Notes: generated by a model from the sequence alone, not told the origin. Shown: positions 21,165 to 31,507, numbered from the stretch's first letter. The stretch: 61,491 nucleotides of DNA from Eubacteriales bacterium (GCA_045613205.1 JAZLAO010000021.1:1-61491); one strand, 5' to 3'. A program made the numbers and translations.

Positions 21165-23177
21165 TTAAACTCTGTTCGTTTTTCTCTTCATTTTTTTGAA
21201 TACTAAAGCTGAACGGGATGGCAGATAACAGAAAAATCCGGGTTCTTCTTTTGATTTTGACGTGTACTCGTATTCGGTGCTCGCGCGCTCAAATCCACCG
21301 AATCTTGCATCATCCGTGCTCAAAATCACACTGTATTTTCCTGCGCTCAGAGTAGGAATAAAATGTCTTTCAAACGACTGTGTCGGATTGAAATTAAACG
21401 CAAAGACAACGTCCCCCTTGCTGTAAATTATAATCTTATTGTTCTGGTCTATTCTTCTTATAGCAGCTTTTTTTTCGAATATTTTCTCATCTTTAAGCAT
21501 GCTAATCATTGCTTTATCGAATTTTTCAAGCTCACAGTAGCGAAGAAGCTCATTGTCAGCGAGGCTCCACTGTCTGCGGCAGTAACGGTAGCTCCATCCG
21601 TTTCCTTCCCGCGGAAAATCAATCCATTCGGGGTGGCCGAATTCGTTACCCATAAAGTTGAGATAACCCTCGCCCCCAACGGATGCGGTGATGAGACGTA
21701 TCATTTTATGAAGCGCTATACCTCTGTCGATTATTATACTGGGAGTGTCTTTACTCATACGTGTGTACATTTCCGCATCGCACAGGCGGAACATTAAGGT
21801 TTTATCTCCGACAAGCGCCTGGTCATGCGATTCTACGTATCCGATATTCTTTTCTTTGGGACGGCGGTTGTTAAGCTCATACCATAGCCTCCACATATCC
21901 CATTCCTCGTCTCTCTTTTCCTTTACGGTCTTTATCCATATATCAGGTATTCCCATAGACAGCCTGAAGTCAAATCCTATTCCTCCATACGAGATAGGCA
22001 GGCACATGCCCGGCATTCCCGACATATCCTCGGCTACGGTAATGGCATTGGTATTGACCTCATGAATAAGCTCATTTGCAAGCTGTAAATAAGTGACAGC
22101 ATCGTTATCCGTGTTGTCAGAGAAGTAGGATTCGTAATTTGTGAAAGAGCGTCCTAAGCCGTGGTCACGGTACAGCATAGAGGTAACACCGTCAAAGCGG
22201 AAGCCGTCGAAGTGGAAAATCTCCATCCAATATTTCAAATTGGAAAGCAAGAAATGAATAACCTCGCTTTTTCCGTAGTTGAAAAGCTTTGTTCCCCACG
22301 CCTCGTGGTTTCCCCGCACACCCTCATGAAAAAACTGATATACCGTGCCGTCAAAATCACTTATTCCTTCGTTAACGTTATTAACTGCATGAGAATGTAC
22401 CAAATCGAGCAAGACGGCAATATTCATTCCGTGAGCCGTGTTTATCAGTTCTTTAAGTTCACTGCTTGTACCGTATCTTGACGAAGCGGCAAAGAAATTA
22501 GAAACCTGATATCCAAACGAGGCGTAATAGGGGTGCTCCATTATTGCCATAAGCTGTATGGTATTATATCCGGCAGCTTTTATGCGCGGCAGAATGTTAT
22601 CAATGAAATTGCGATAGCTTCCAACATACCCCTCCTCCTGCGCCATTCCTATATGACATTCGTATATTATGGGAGTTTTCTCAGGAAGAAAATCAGAATC
22701 TGTCCATGAAAAAGAGGTCAGCGTGTCGTCAAGCTCGGCACACCACAATAAGCTTATGGGGTCTTGGACAACCCGTGTTGCATACAGAGGTATCCGTCTT
22801 AGCATACGCCCCGCGCTTATTACGATAGCTTGAAGCCTTTGTCCCGCTTGAAGAGCATCTTTTCCTTTTAGCTCTAATTCAAAAATGCCGTTTTCCTTTT
22901 TTTGCATCGGACAAGAGTAAACGCTCCAACCGTTAAAGTCACCGGTAAGATAGACTGCCTCTGCCGCCGGTGCCCATTCCCGATATACCCATCCGTCACA
23001 TGTGCGGTGAAATCCGAAAAACTTATATCCGTTAGCAAAATCGGTTAATTTGCCGTCGCGGTCGAGAAGCTGCCGTTTCTTTTTTCTAAAAAGATTTACT
23101 CTTTGCTCGATGTCCTTTTCGAAAGGCTCTAAATATGGGTCAACGTGTAGGATTTTTTTCCTGGCTCTCTTAGGCAT
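21165..23177 (-). CDS. glgB: 1,4-alpha-glucan branching enzyme (GH13_8 type)
   Basis: YREWAP, GFRFDGVTSM, AEDMSG, YVESHDQALVGDKT. Confidence 0.92.
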   Translation of the reverse strand: MPKRARKKILHVDPYLEPFEKDIEQRVNLFRKKKRQLLDRDGKLTDFANGYKFFGFHRTCDGWVYREWAPAAEAVYLTGDFNGWSVYSCPMQKKENGIFELELKGKDALQAGQRLQAIVISAGRMLRRIPLYATRVVQDPISLLWCAELDDTLTSFSWTDSDFLPEKTPIIYECHIGMAQEEGYVGSYRNFIDNILPRIKAAGYNTIQLMAIMEHPYYASFGYQVSNFFAASSRYGTSSELKELINTAHGMNIAVLLDLVHSHAVNNVNEGISDFDGTVYQFFHEGVRGNHEAWGTKLFNYGKSEVIHFLLSNLKYWMEIFHFDGFRFDGVTSMLYRDHGLGRSFTNYESYFSDNTDNDAVTYLQLANELIHEVNTNAITVAEDMSGMPGMCLPISYGGIGFDFRLSMGIPDIWIKTVKEKRDEEWDMWRLWYELNNRRPKEKNIGYVESHDQALVGDKTLMFRLCDAEMYTRMSKDTPSIIIDRGIALHKMIRLITASVGGEGYLNFMGNEFGHPEWIDFPREGNGWSYRYCRRQWSLADNELLRYCELEKFDKAMISMLKDEKIFEKKAAIRRIDQNNKIIIYSKGDVVFAFNFNPTQSFERHFIPTLSAGKYSVILSTDDARFGGFERASTEYEYTSKSKEEPGFFCYLPSRSALVFKKMKRKTNRV

Positions 23178-23207
23178 TATAAATCTCCATGATTAAAAGT
23201 AAATACG

Positions 23208-25058
23208 CTATGATACAAATTCTTCTAACAGAAATCCGCATTTATCAAGCGTAAGCCGACCGTTTTCCAGCCGCCCTCTCTCAATAATAAGCGGAGTTTT
23301 ACAAACGTCCAGTGTAACTGTATCGCCCATGTTGATATAAGCGCGGCACGTATAAGGCGGAGCTTTGCGCTCAATTATGACTCTCCCGCGGCCGTCAGAT
23401 TCAACCGAAACATTCCCTTGCTTTAAGGCACTGTGCGAATTTCGCACAGCCGCAAGACGAATGAAAAATTCGCGCAGAGGATTTTTCTCAACTTTCTCCC
23501 AATTGAAATATGCGCGGTTAAACGGGTCTCCAAATCCTTCGCTGCCAATCTCATCACCGTAGTATATACAAGGCATTCCGGGAAGTACGAATTGTAAAAA
23601 AGCAGCAACGCGCAGCCGAATAAGAGCCTCCGTGCGTGCCGACTCCTGCATAGAGTAGCCTGCTTTGGAATTTTTATCATCGGGGAAGGGTTCAGGGGAC
23701 AGCACAGATAAAATTCGCGGTGTATCGTGGGTGGAGAGACTATTCATAAGCGCATTCAAGACAGTTTTCGGATAATTTTCCGCAATTGTCATTACGGTTT
23801 CTTTGAAAGCCGTTCCGTTATCATTGCCTTTGACATAATTTATAATGCAACTTCTGAACGGGTAGTTCATAACGGAATCAAGCTCTCCCCCCACAAAATA
23901 ACGTCGGCGTTTTCCGTAGCTTATCTTGTTAGACGCATCCTCCCATACCTCTCCTAAAAGCAATGAGTCCGCCTTAATGCTCTTAAGGCGGGCTCGGAAG
24001 GCGGAGATAAATTCATCAGGCAGCTCATCCGCAACGTCGAGCCTGAATCCGTCTGCTCCTGCCCGCATCCAATGCGCTATGACGCTGTCCTCCGAGTCGA
24101 TAATATAATTTCTGAATCCCTCGTTTGTTTCGTTAATGCATGGCAACGTATTTATTCCCCACCAGGAAGTGTACTCGTTCGGATAGTCTTGAAAGTCGTA
24201 CCAAGAGCGGTATGGCGAGCTCGGTGAGGAATACGCACCGTTTCCGAAGATTCCGAGCTTATCAAAATATTTGCTATTGCTACCCGTGTGAGAAAAAACC
24301 CCGTCAAGTATAATCTTCATTCCGCACCTGTGCGCGAGCTTGCACAGATTTGAAAAATCCTCTTCCGTACCTAAAAGCTCGTCTATTTTGTGATAATCTG
24401 CTGTGTCATATCTGTGATTTGACCAAGCCTTGAAAATCGGATTTAAGTAGATAACACCGACGCCAAGCTCCTTTAAATAGTCAAGCTTTGCCGCTATTCC
24501 GTTGAGATTTCCGCCATAAAAATCACAATTCTGCACTTCGCCATTTTCGCCCGGAAGATAATACGGAACGTCGCGCTTGTCGGTATGCAACCAAAAGGGC
24601 GTGAGCTTTTCCTTAACGTCATATTCACCGCTCTGATTAAATCTGTCGGGAAAAATCTGATACATGACCGAGCCAAAATAGCTCTCGGGGACTAAGAAAT
24701 TCGCAGGAATGCAGGAAAGCTGCCAAAGCTCTCCCGCCTCCATATTCGTGCGGTCATACCCCTCGCGGTAAAGCGAAAAGGATTCGTTTTCTGTCGTTAT
24801 GCGAAAATAGTAGAAGTACAGCTCCGCGCGAGAAAGAGCAAAGGTGCAGGAGAAAATTTCGTAGTCCCCCGTATTTTCATGGCGCTGCATTGGTACCGAT
24901 TTGTATTCGTTCATGTCCTCAAAAAGAAAAACAAGATTAACCGTTTTTGTTTGACAGGATTTCGGTATATGAATCGATATTTTACACTTTTGACCTTCAG
25001 TCAAAGTGCCGAAGGGTGATTTGAACACCGTATCTTTGCTGTTATAAAGGATACGCAT
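23208..25058 (-). CDS. GH13 neopullulanase/amylopullulanase-like alpha-glucanase
   Basis: YQIFPDRF, NHRYDT, GFRLDVADE, GEVWE, STHD, YYGDE. Confidence 0.9.
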   Translation of the reverse strand: MRILYNSKDTVFKSPFGTLTEGQKCKISIHIPKSCQTKTVNLVFLFEDMNEYKSVPMQRHENTGDYEIFSCTFALSRAELYFYYFRITTENESFSLYREGYDRTNMEAGELWQLSCIPANFLVPESYFGSVMYQIFPDRFNQSGEYDVKEKLTPFWLHTDKRDVPYYLPGENGEVQNCDFYGGNLNGIAAKLDYLKELGVGVIYLNPIFKAWSNHRYDTADYHKIDELLGTEEDFSNLCKLAHRCGMKIILDGVFSHTGSNSKYFDKLGIFGNGAYSSPSSPYRSWYDFQDYPNEYTSWWGINTLPCINETNEGFRNYIIDSEDSVIAHWMRAGADGFRLDVADELPDEFISAFRARLKSIKADSLLLGEVWEDASNKISYGKRRRYFVGGELDSVMNYPFRSCIINYVKGNDNGTAFKETVMTIAENYPKTVLNALMNSLSTHDTPRILSVLSPEPFPDDKNSKAGYSMQESARTEALIRLRVAAFLQFVLPGMPCIYYGDEIGSEGFGDPFNRAYFNWEKVEKNPLREFFIRLAAVRNSHSALKQGNVSVESDGRGRVIIERKAPPYTCRAYINMGDTVTLDVCKTPLIIERGRLENGRLTLDKCGFLLEEFVS

Positions 25059-25198
25059 TTTTATATTTCCCCAATATTGTTCGCATAATCCATACTCCGT
25101 GTTAAGCTTTTTCTAACATTATTATGCCCGACTCCTTTTAAATATTCAACAGCGTTAAGATAACGTCAAAAAAGCTAAGGGGTTCAGCACTTTTCTTC

Positions 25199-25353
25199 TG
25201 GTCGAAGCGGCGGGTAAGCGAGGAAAAAACAGTTGATAACTGTTTACGACGACGCGCCCGAGCAAAACAAGGAGTTGAAGGAGAGAGGAACGACCGACGC
25301 CGGGCGACTATGCTTACGAGCCGTCGGAGAACTCGCGGCCTCCAGTACCCGAA
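25199..25353 (-). pseudogene. 3'-half tRNA-Pro(CGG) fragment (att remnant 1) with a 114-bp T-loop insertion
   Basis: Minus strand reads TTCGGGTACTGGAGGCCGCGAGTTC-[25215-25328]-CCCGCCGCTTCGACCA; no 5' half is present. Confidence 0.75.
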
Positions 25354-25783
25354 GAGTATCGGAGCAGCCTTTTGACTACTTTTGTTTGCTTTTTTGCGCT
25401 TTTTAGTCCGGAACTCGTGCTATTTTGCGCTATTATTGACACTGTTTCCGTACAGAAAAATTCTGCAGATGGTCAAAGGTGTAGTCGTCACCCGAATTCG
25501 AATCGATAAATATTGACGGAGTTAAACCGCATATACCCCGTGTTGAGTTTTTCTTCTGCTGCTAGTATATAATACATCTCAATATTGGTCAACGCAATTT
25601 GTTCGAAACTAAAAAAATGATTTGCAGTAGGCGAAATAAAACACAAGAGAAAACCTTTTCTTATACTTGAAACAACGCTGCAGTTAATTTGAAGTAAAAG
25701 TTGTCGAATGCAAGACGCAAAATTTAAGTCGCAGCAGTCAAAGAATAGAAACAGCGAAAGGCGGTTGATGATTTAACTGACAG

Positions 25784-26734
25784 TCAATTGTTATCCCTGT
25801 GTTTTTTTGGACTTGTGCTGTATTTTTTGTTGAAAATGCGGTGAAAATAACTTTTGTTTTCATAACCTACTGCAGCAGCAATATCTTCAACCGGCAGAGA
25901 TGTGGTTTTAAGCAGGAATGCCGCTTGAGAAAGCCTCTTTTCTTGAAGGTGCTCTGTGTAGGTTTTTCCTGTGCGGTTCTTTATCTTGTGGCTGAGCCAA
26001 TAAAAATCGTAGTGCAAAAGCGAAGCGGCCTCAGTAAGAGAGCCGTTTTTATAATTGCCCTCGATGTAGCGAAAAATATCCATTATCGCTTTGTCCTCGC
26101 GGGATTCGTATGAGAGCTTATCGGTGTGATTCAGAAGCTGCATAAAGAGTAGTCCCATAGTTGTCTGATTTATATTTCTCTTGTTTGGTGTGTTGCTGAT
26201 CAGCGTCCAAATAAGGTTCTCGATCAGATTTTGTACGGGCAGAACTCCGGCAACCTTAAAGTGCAGATAGCTTTGATTTTCACTGTCAAAGAGCGAAGAA
26301 AGCAAGAAGTTTTTTATCGGGGTTTCTTCCGCGCCCAGCATCTCGAGAGTTTTGTCAAAGAACGAGGGCTGAATTATGAAGTTTACTGCAATATCGCTCT
26401 CACTAGCCGGCAGAATTTCCTGTTTTGCATTTTGACCGAGGAAGAGAAGCTCGCCTTCCTTTAATATTAATTTTTTACCATTGATAATATGCGTAGTCTT
26501 TCCGGCACACATATACACAGCTTCAATATAGTCGTGGGTATGCTCAGGGAAATGAACAAATCTCGTATGTGCTCTCACACGTATCAGTCTGCCGTCAGAC
26601 AGCAGTTTCTGATGCCTGATAACACTGCCTCCGTGTGTTGTGTATATGCTCTTATCTACTCCATTTCCGTCAAGAACAGCCTTTTCCTCATCGGTTATAG
26701 GAATAAGCTTTTCAAGTATTTCCTCTTTAATCAT
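25784..26734 (-). CDS. AraC-family regulator of rhamnose catabolism
   Basis: HTHDYIE cupin, AVGYENKSYFHRIF HTH; divergent from rhaBAD. Confidence 0.88.
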   Translation of the reverse strand: MIKEEILEKLIPITDEEKAVLDGNGVDKSIYTTHGGSVIRHQKLLSDGRLIRVRAHTRFVHFPEHTHDYIEAVYMCAGKTTHIINGKKLILKEGELLFLGQNAKQEILPASESDIAVNFIIQPSFFDKTLEMLGAEETPIKNFLLSSLFDSENQSYLHFKVAGVLPVQNLIENLIWTLISNTPNKRNINQTTMGLLFMQLLNHTDKLSYESREDKAIMDIFRYIEGNYKNGSLTEAASLLHYDFYWLSHKIKNRTGKTYTEHLQEKRLSQAAFLLKTTSLPVEDIAAAVGYENKSYFHRIFNKKYSTSPKKHRDNN

Positions 26735-26779
26735 AACATCACCTCGTAGCTATTTTATCATGAAAAACGCAAAAAATCA

Positions 26780-26845
26780 ACACAAATAAGGACACTTTTT
26801 TACACAAATGGTGTTCTTTTGTTTTTTGTAAAAATATGCTATCAT
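26780..26845 (+). promoter_or_regulatory. putative activator-dependent rhaB promoter with AraC-type half-sites
   Basis: ACACAAAT direct repeats at 26780 and 26802; extended -10 TGCTATCAT at 26837. Confidence 0.4.
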
Positions 26846-26874
26846 TGTAACGAACAACTTTGCGAGGAGCAAAA

Positions 26875-28164
26875 ATGAAATATTATTTAGCAATAGACAT
26901 TGGTGCGTCAAGCGGCAGACACATAATCGGTTGGTACGATGATGGTGAAATCCACACAAAAGAGGTCTTTCGATTTCCAAACGGAGTGCAGAGAGAGGGA
27001 GGGCATCTCGTATGGGATATAAAGGCCCTCTATAAAAACGTTCTTTACGGTATAAAAGAAGCCTTTAAACTTTATCCCGAAATTGAAAGTCTTTCGATTG
27101 ACACCTGGGGCGTTGATTACGTTCTGCTTGAGGGAGACAGGGAAATTTTCCCTATTTATGCTTATCGCGACAGCAGAACTGAGTCGGTAATATCCAAGGT
27201 GCACGAGATTATTCCTTTCTCGGAGATGTATAGTAGAGTTGGTTGTCAGTTCCAGTCATTCAACTCTATTTATCAGCTTTACGACGATAAGCTTCGCGGA
27301 CGACTTGAGAGAGCGACCGATATGCTGATGATTCCCGAATATCTAATGTGGAAGCTATGCGGTGTAAAGGTAAGAGAGTACACCAATGCAACCACCACGG
27401 GTATGGTAAACGGTGAGTTTGATATGGAGATTGTAAGGCGTCTCGGTTATCCTGAAATTCTTTTCCCAAAGCTTTCTCTGCCGAAAACAGTTCTTGGCAA
27501 TTTGCTTCCGGATATTAGCGATGTGGTTAACGGCAACTGTAAGGTAGTACTCTGTGCCACGCATGATACAGGCTCAGCCGTGGAGGGAATACCTATGGAA
27601 GGTAATCACTTATACATTTCATCAGGGACTTGGTCGCTTCTCGGTGTTAAAACAGAAAAGCCAATTACCGATAAAGGCAGCGAGAAAGCCAATTACTCCA
27701 ACGAGGGCGGCGTCGGCTACAACCGCTATCAGAAGAATATTATGGGCATGTGGCTTATTAACGAGCTGAAAAAGGAGCTTTGCCCCGATATACCTTTCTC
27801 TGATATTGTGAAAATGGCAGAAGAAAGCACTTGTGAAGCAGTGATTGATGCAAACTCACCCGAGTTTTTGGCTCCAAAGAGTATGAGGGCGGCATTTGAC
27901 GATGCGGTATCAGGGTTGGAAAGCATGGGCGATTACTTCCGCTGTGCATATAGAAGTCTTGCCGAAAGTTACAAGAAAGCAATAGAAGAGCTTGAGACAA
28001 ACACAAATCAAAAATACAAAAAGTTATACATAGTAGGCGGTGGAGCGAAAAACGCGTTTCTCAATCGTTTGACCGAGGAAGCGACAGGTAAAAATGTTGT
28101 TGCCTTGCCTATTGAAGCAACCGCGTTGGGAAATTTGAAAATACAAATGGAGATGAATGTATGA
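26875..28164 (+). CDS. rhaB: rhamnulokinase
   Basis: LAIDIGASSGR, IDTWGVDY, THDT, ISSGTWS, NEGG. Confidence 0.93.
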   Translation: MKYYLAIDIGASSGRHIIGWYDDGEIHTKEVFRFPNGVQREGGHLVWDIKALYKNVLYGIKEAFKLYPEIESLSIDTWGVDYVLLEGDREIFPIYAYRDSRTESVISKVHEIIPFSEMYSRVGCQFQSFNSIYQLYDDKLRGRLERATDMLMIPEYLMWKLCGVKVREYTNATTTGMVNGEFDMEIVRRLGYPEILFPKLSLPKTVLGNLLPDISDVVNGNCKVVLCATHDTGSAVEGIPMEGNHLYISSGTWSLLGVKTEKPITDKGSEKANYSNEGGVGYNRYQKNIMGMWLINELKKELCPDIPFSDIVKMAEESTCEAVIDANSPEFLAPKSMRAAFDDAVSGLESMGDYFRCAYRSLAESYKKAIEELETNTNQKYKKLYIVGGGAKNAFLNRLTEEATGKNVVALPIEATALGNLKIQMEMNV

Positions 28165-29396
28165 GTTATATTGAAGCAAAACAAAAATATGAAAATTACG
28201 GCATTGATACCGAAAAAGCTATTGAAATGTTAAGCAAGGTTAGCATTTCGGTACATTGTTGGCAGGGCGATGACGTCGTTGGCTTTGACAGCCGCGAGAG
28301 CCTTTCGGGCGGAATCCAGGCAACCGGCAATTATCCGGGTAAGGCGAATACACCTGAGGAGCTTATGGCGGATTACGACAAAGCGTTCTCGCTTATTGGC
28401 GGTATAAAGAAACTTAATCTTCATGCATCCTATGCTATTTTTGAGGATGGTGAAGCGGTCGGCAGAGATAAAATCGAGCCAAAGCATTTTGCTAAATGGG
28501 TTGCATTCGCTAAAGAAAGAAAAATGGGTATTGATTTTAATCCCACATTTTTCTCGCACCCTATGATAAAGGATGGACTCTCTCTTTCATCTCCCGACGA
28601 GGACGTTCGTAAGTATTGGATAAATCACGGCAAGGCGTGTCTTAAAATTGCTGAATATTTCGCTGACGAGACCGGCATCCCTTGCGTTATGAACATCTGG
28701 ATTCCCGACGGATACAAGGATATTCCTGCTGACCGCCTTTCTCCCAGAGCAAGATTCAAGGCTTCTCTTGACGAGATTCTTGATACACCATATAATAAAG
28801 ACAAGGTTTATGTCACTCTTGAAAGTAAGGTGTTCGGCATCGGACTTGAAAGCTATACCGTAGGAAGTGCCGAGTTCTGCCTTTCTTACTCGGACCATAG
28901 GGGCATCACACCTTTGATGGATAACGGTCACTACCATCCCACAGAGGTCGTAAGCGACAAGATTTCCTCGCTTCTTCTTTTCAACGAGAAAATTGCGCTT
29001 CACGTGACACGTGCGGTGCGTTGGGATTCCGACCACGTTGTAATCTTCGACGATGAAACCAAGGAGATTGCCAAGGAAATCGTCAGGAACAACGCACTGG
29101 ACCGTGTGTTTATCGCAACAGACTACTTTGATGCTTCTATCAACCGCATTTCTGCTTGGGTTACAGGTGTGAGAAACGTTCAAAAGGCACTTCTTTTCGC
29201 ACTTCTTCAGCCGGACGAGCAGTTGAAGGCGCTTCAGAACGAAAGCAATTTTACCGAGGTAATGTACCTTCAGGAAGAAATGAAAATGATGCCCTTTGGC
29301 GACGTGTGGAAGGAATTTCTTGCAAGATGTGGCGTAGCAGAAAACTATCTTGCGCCAATTAAAGAATATGAAAGAGAGGTTTTACTAAAAAGATGA
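28161..29396 (+). CDS. rhaA: L-rhamnose isomerase
   Basis: HCWQGDDV, ESKVFGIG, GHYHPTE, RWDSDHV, DYFDASINR. Confidence 0.95.
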   Translation: MSYIEAKQKYENYGIDTEKAIEMLSKVSISVHCWQGDDVVGFDSRESLSGGIQATGNYPGKANTPEELMADYDKAFSLIGGIKKLNLHASYAIFEDGEAVGRDKIEPKHFAKWVAFAKERKMGIDFNPTFFSHPMIKDGLSLSSPDEDVRKYWINHGKACLKIAEYFADETGIPCVMNIWIPDGYKDIPADRLSPRARFKASLDEILDTPYNKDKVYVTLESKVFGIGLESYTVGSAEFCLSYSDHRGITPLMDNGHYHPTEVVSDKISSLLLFNEKIALHVTRAVRWDSDHVVIFDDETKEIAKEIVRNNALDRVFIATDYFDASINRISAWVTGVRNVQKALLFALLQPDEQLKALQNESNFTEVMYLQEEMKMMPFGDVWKEFLARCGVAENYLAPIKEYEREVLLKR

Positions 29397-30208
29397 ATCA
29401 TATAATTAATGCTCCCTTTGTTGTGGAAATGAGAAAGACCTGTGCCAATATGTACAGACTTGGCTGGGACGAGAGAAACGGTGGAAATATCAGCTATATG
29501 CTTGAAAAAGATGAGGTGGCGGAGTATCTTGATATAGACAGAGTGCTTCGAACCATTCCGCTCGGCTTTGATGCCACCGCACTCATTGGTAAAATCTTTA
29601 TTGTCACCGGTACGGGCAAATACTTTAAGAACGTAGATGACGACCCGGAAACCAATCTTGGTATTATCCGCATTGCCGAGGACGGAAAGACCGCAAATCT
29701 TCTCTGGGGCTACAAGGACGGTGGACGCTTTACGAGCGAGCTTCCCGCACACCTTATGAGCCATATTGCGCGCCTTTCGGTTGACCCTGATAACAGAGTG
29801 GTAATGCACTCTCACCCCACTCACACTCTTGCTATGAACTACGTTCACGAGCTTGACGAGAAGACGCTTACCCACACCCTTTGGGAGATGTGCACTGAGT
29901 GCATTGTTGTATTTCCCGATGGCGTTGGAGTTCTTCCTTGGATGCTCTGCGGAACTAACAAAATCGGTGAAGCAACCGCGGATAAAATGAAGGAATTCCG
30001 CCTAGTTATTTGGGGTATGCATGGTATTTACGGTGCAGGCAAGACTATAGACGAAACCTTCGGACTTATTGAAACTGTTGAGAAGGCGGCAGAGATTTAT
30101 ATGCTCACCGCACACCTCCCTCGTGTGAACACCATCAGGGACGAGGAGATGGCTTGTCTTGCAGAATTCTTTGGTGTTAAGTACAGAAAAGACTTTCTGA
30201 ATTTATGA
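29393..30208 (+). CDS. rhaD: rhamnulose-1-phosphate aldolase
   Basis: GWDERNGGNIS, SELPAH, MHSHP. Confidence 0.95.
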   Translation: MNHIINAPFVVEMRKTCANMYRLGWDERNGGNISYMLEKDEVAEYLDIDRVLRTIPLGFDATALIGKIFIVTGTGKYFKNVDDDPETNLGIIRIAEDGKTANLLWGYKDGGRFTSELPAHLMSHIARLSVDPDNRVVMHSHPTHTLAMNYVHELDEKTLTHTLWEMCTECIVVFPDGVGVLPWMLCGTNKIGEATADKMKEFRLVIWGMHGIYGAGKTIDETFGLIETVEKAAEIYMLTAHLPRVNTIRDEEMACLAEFFGVKYRKDFLNL

Positions 30209-30481
30209 TACATAACAGCACACTTATTGATTTTGAGTAACTCTTTGTCTTTTGATGCTGTTGTAGAAGCCGACGAAGAAGTCAAGACGATATTCTTTAA
30301 AGATTGGTTTGATTTCTATGCACTTGGAAATAAGCCGTAAGAGTATTACGTCTATGTTGACGAAATCCCTCTCGAATAAATGATTGAAAAAGAACAGAGA
30401 ATGCTCCGTCAGAAACTTATACCGAAGAAGAGTGTGGGGAGAAGCTTGCGGAGCTGATACGAGAGATGAAAAATGAGATAG

Positions 30482-30528
30482 AAAAACAGCCGAAAACAAG
30501 TCAAAATAGCTTGCTTTCGGCTGTTTTT
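30482..30528. terminator. terminator hairpin 3' of tRNA fragment 2
   Basis: AAAAACAGCCGAAA...TTTCGGCTGTTTTT; near-identical copy at 60303-60349. Confidence 0.7.
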
Positions 30529-30788
30529 TGGTCGAAGTGAAAGGTAAGCGAGGCATAAACAGTTGATAACTGTTTATGGGGACGCGCCCGAAGAAAATAA
30601 GGAGACGGCAGAGCCGAAGGCTTGCGAAGGCGATAGGCGACGACTATATTTTCGAGCCGTCGGAGAACTCGCGGCTTTCTTTGTGGCTGGATTTTCACCG
30701 TAGGTGAATATTCTCACGCTTGCCGCTTACAAGCGAGCTTGACGCGCTCTGCGCGGAGAATGAGAACTCGCGGCCTCCAGTACCCGAA
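30529..30788 (-). pseudogene. 3'-half tRNA-Pro fragment (att remnant 2) with two T-loop insertions
   Basis: TGGTCGAAGT...GAACTCGCGG...GGATT[insert]GAACTCGCGGCCTCCAGTACCCGAA on the plus strand; homologous to the 25199 and 60350 copies. Confidence 0.75.
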
Positions 30789-30993
30789 TAAATACGCCAT
30801 CGTTTTTTGACTACTTTTATTGACTTTTTGGTGCTTTTTAGTCCGAAAACGGTGCTTTCCGATGCTCCCCGTCGCACTGTTTCCACGTAGTCCTAGACGC
30901 TAGATGGTCAAAGATGTGGTCAAGCCGAATTCTCATCCCAAAAACCGAGCCGCGATTATAGCAAACTCATACCGTCAGGTGACTAAATGGTTC

Positions 30994-31217
30994 ACCCCGT
31001 GTCGAGTTTTTTTCGTCCGTATAAGGAGCTTTGCGGATTTGAAAAGAAGCTCATTCGGGCGGGAGAGAGCGAGCATTACGCGGTAAAAGTGCCTAAAGAA
31101 TACCTTGCCTTTTATTCGACGTCGGAGGACAGATGGATTCTCGAGGCCGGCGAGTTTGAAATTATGGTCGGTGCAAGCTCGGAGGATATAAGGCTTAAGG
31201 AAAAAATAAGCATCTAA
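30994..31217 (+). pseudogene. 3' fragment of a GH3 beta-glucosidase
   Basis: PVSSFFRPYKELCGFEKK...DIRLKEKISI is a diverged copy of 14327-14550. Confidence 0.9.
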
Positions 31218-31250
31218 ACACCTGTGTTGATTCGAAAAAGATTTGAAGAA

Positions 31251-31296
31251 AAACAGGAGCTGAAACGTCAAAAACGGCGTTCTCGCTCCTGTTTTT
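31251..31296. terminator. terminator related to the one after the intact GH3 gene
   Basis: AAACAGGAGC...GCTCCTGTTTTT. Confidence 0.7.
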
Positions 31297-31297
31297 A

Positions 31298-31507
31298 TTA
31301 ATTTCTATCGTCCTTGTAAACAATGATGTCTTCAATTTTGCAGTTCAGAGCCAAACAGATTCGGTCAAGCACATCGCTGTCATATCGCACGACTTTGTTT
31401 TTGTAGTAGTTATCTATTATCTGAAAGCGGATACCGCTTCGCTTGGCGAGCTCATATCTTGTTATCTTTTGCCCGTCTAAATACTCGTTTAGTGTAAGCC
31501 GTACCAT
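31298..31507 (-). CDS. small Cro/C1 (XRE, HTH_26-like) regulator
   Basis: ITRYELAKRSGI...LDRICLALNCKIEDII. Confidence 0.85.
   Translation of the reverse strand: MVRLTLNEYLDGQKITRYELAKRSGIRFQIIDNYYKNKVVRYDSDVLDRICLALNCKIEDIIVYKDDRN

Noticed and set aside
25215-25328. Group I intron in the tRNA T-loop
   Set aside because: Very short, no recognisable catalytic core by eye, and the host is only a tRNA fragment; a covariance search would be needed to exclude it fully.
25199-25353. Functional tRNA-Pro gene (also at 30529 and 60350)
   Set aside because: The 5' half (acceptor 5' strand and D-arm) is missing and the T-loop is interrupted.
30987-31217. ORF-track genes 7529-7720, 30987-31217, 50019-50204 and 57164-57859
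   Set aside because: These are open frames over truncated gene remnants, not complete genes.
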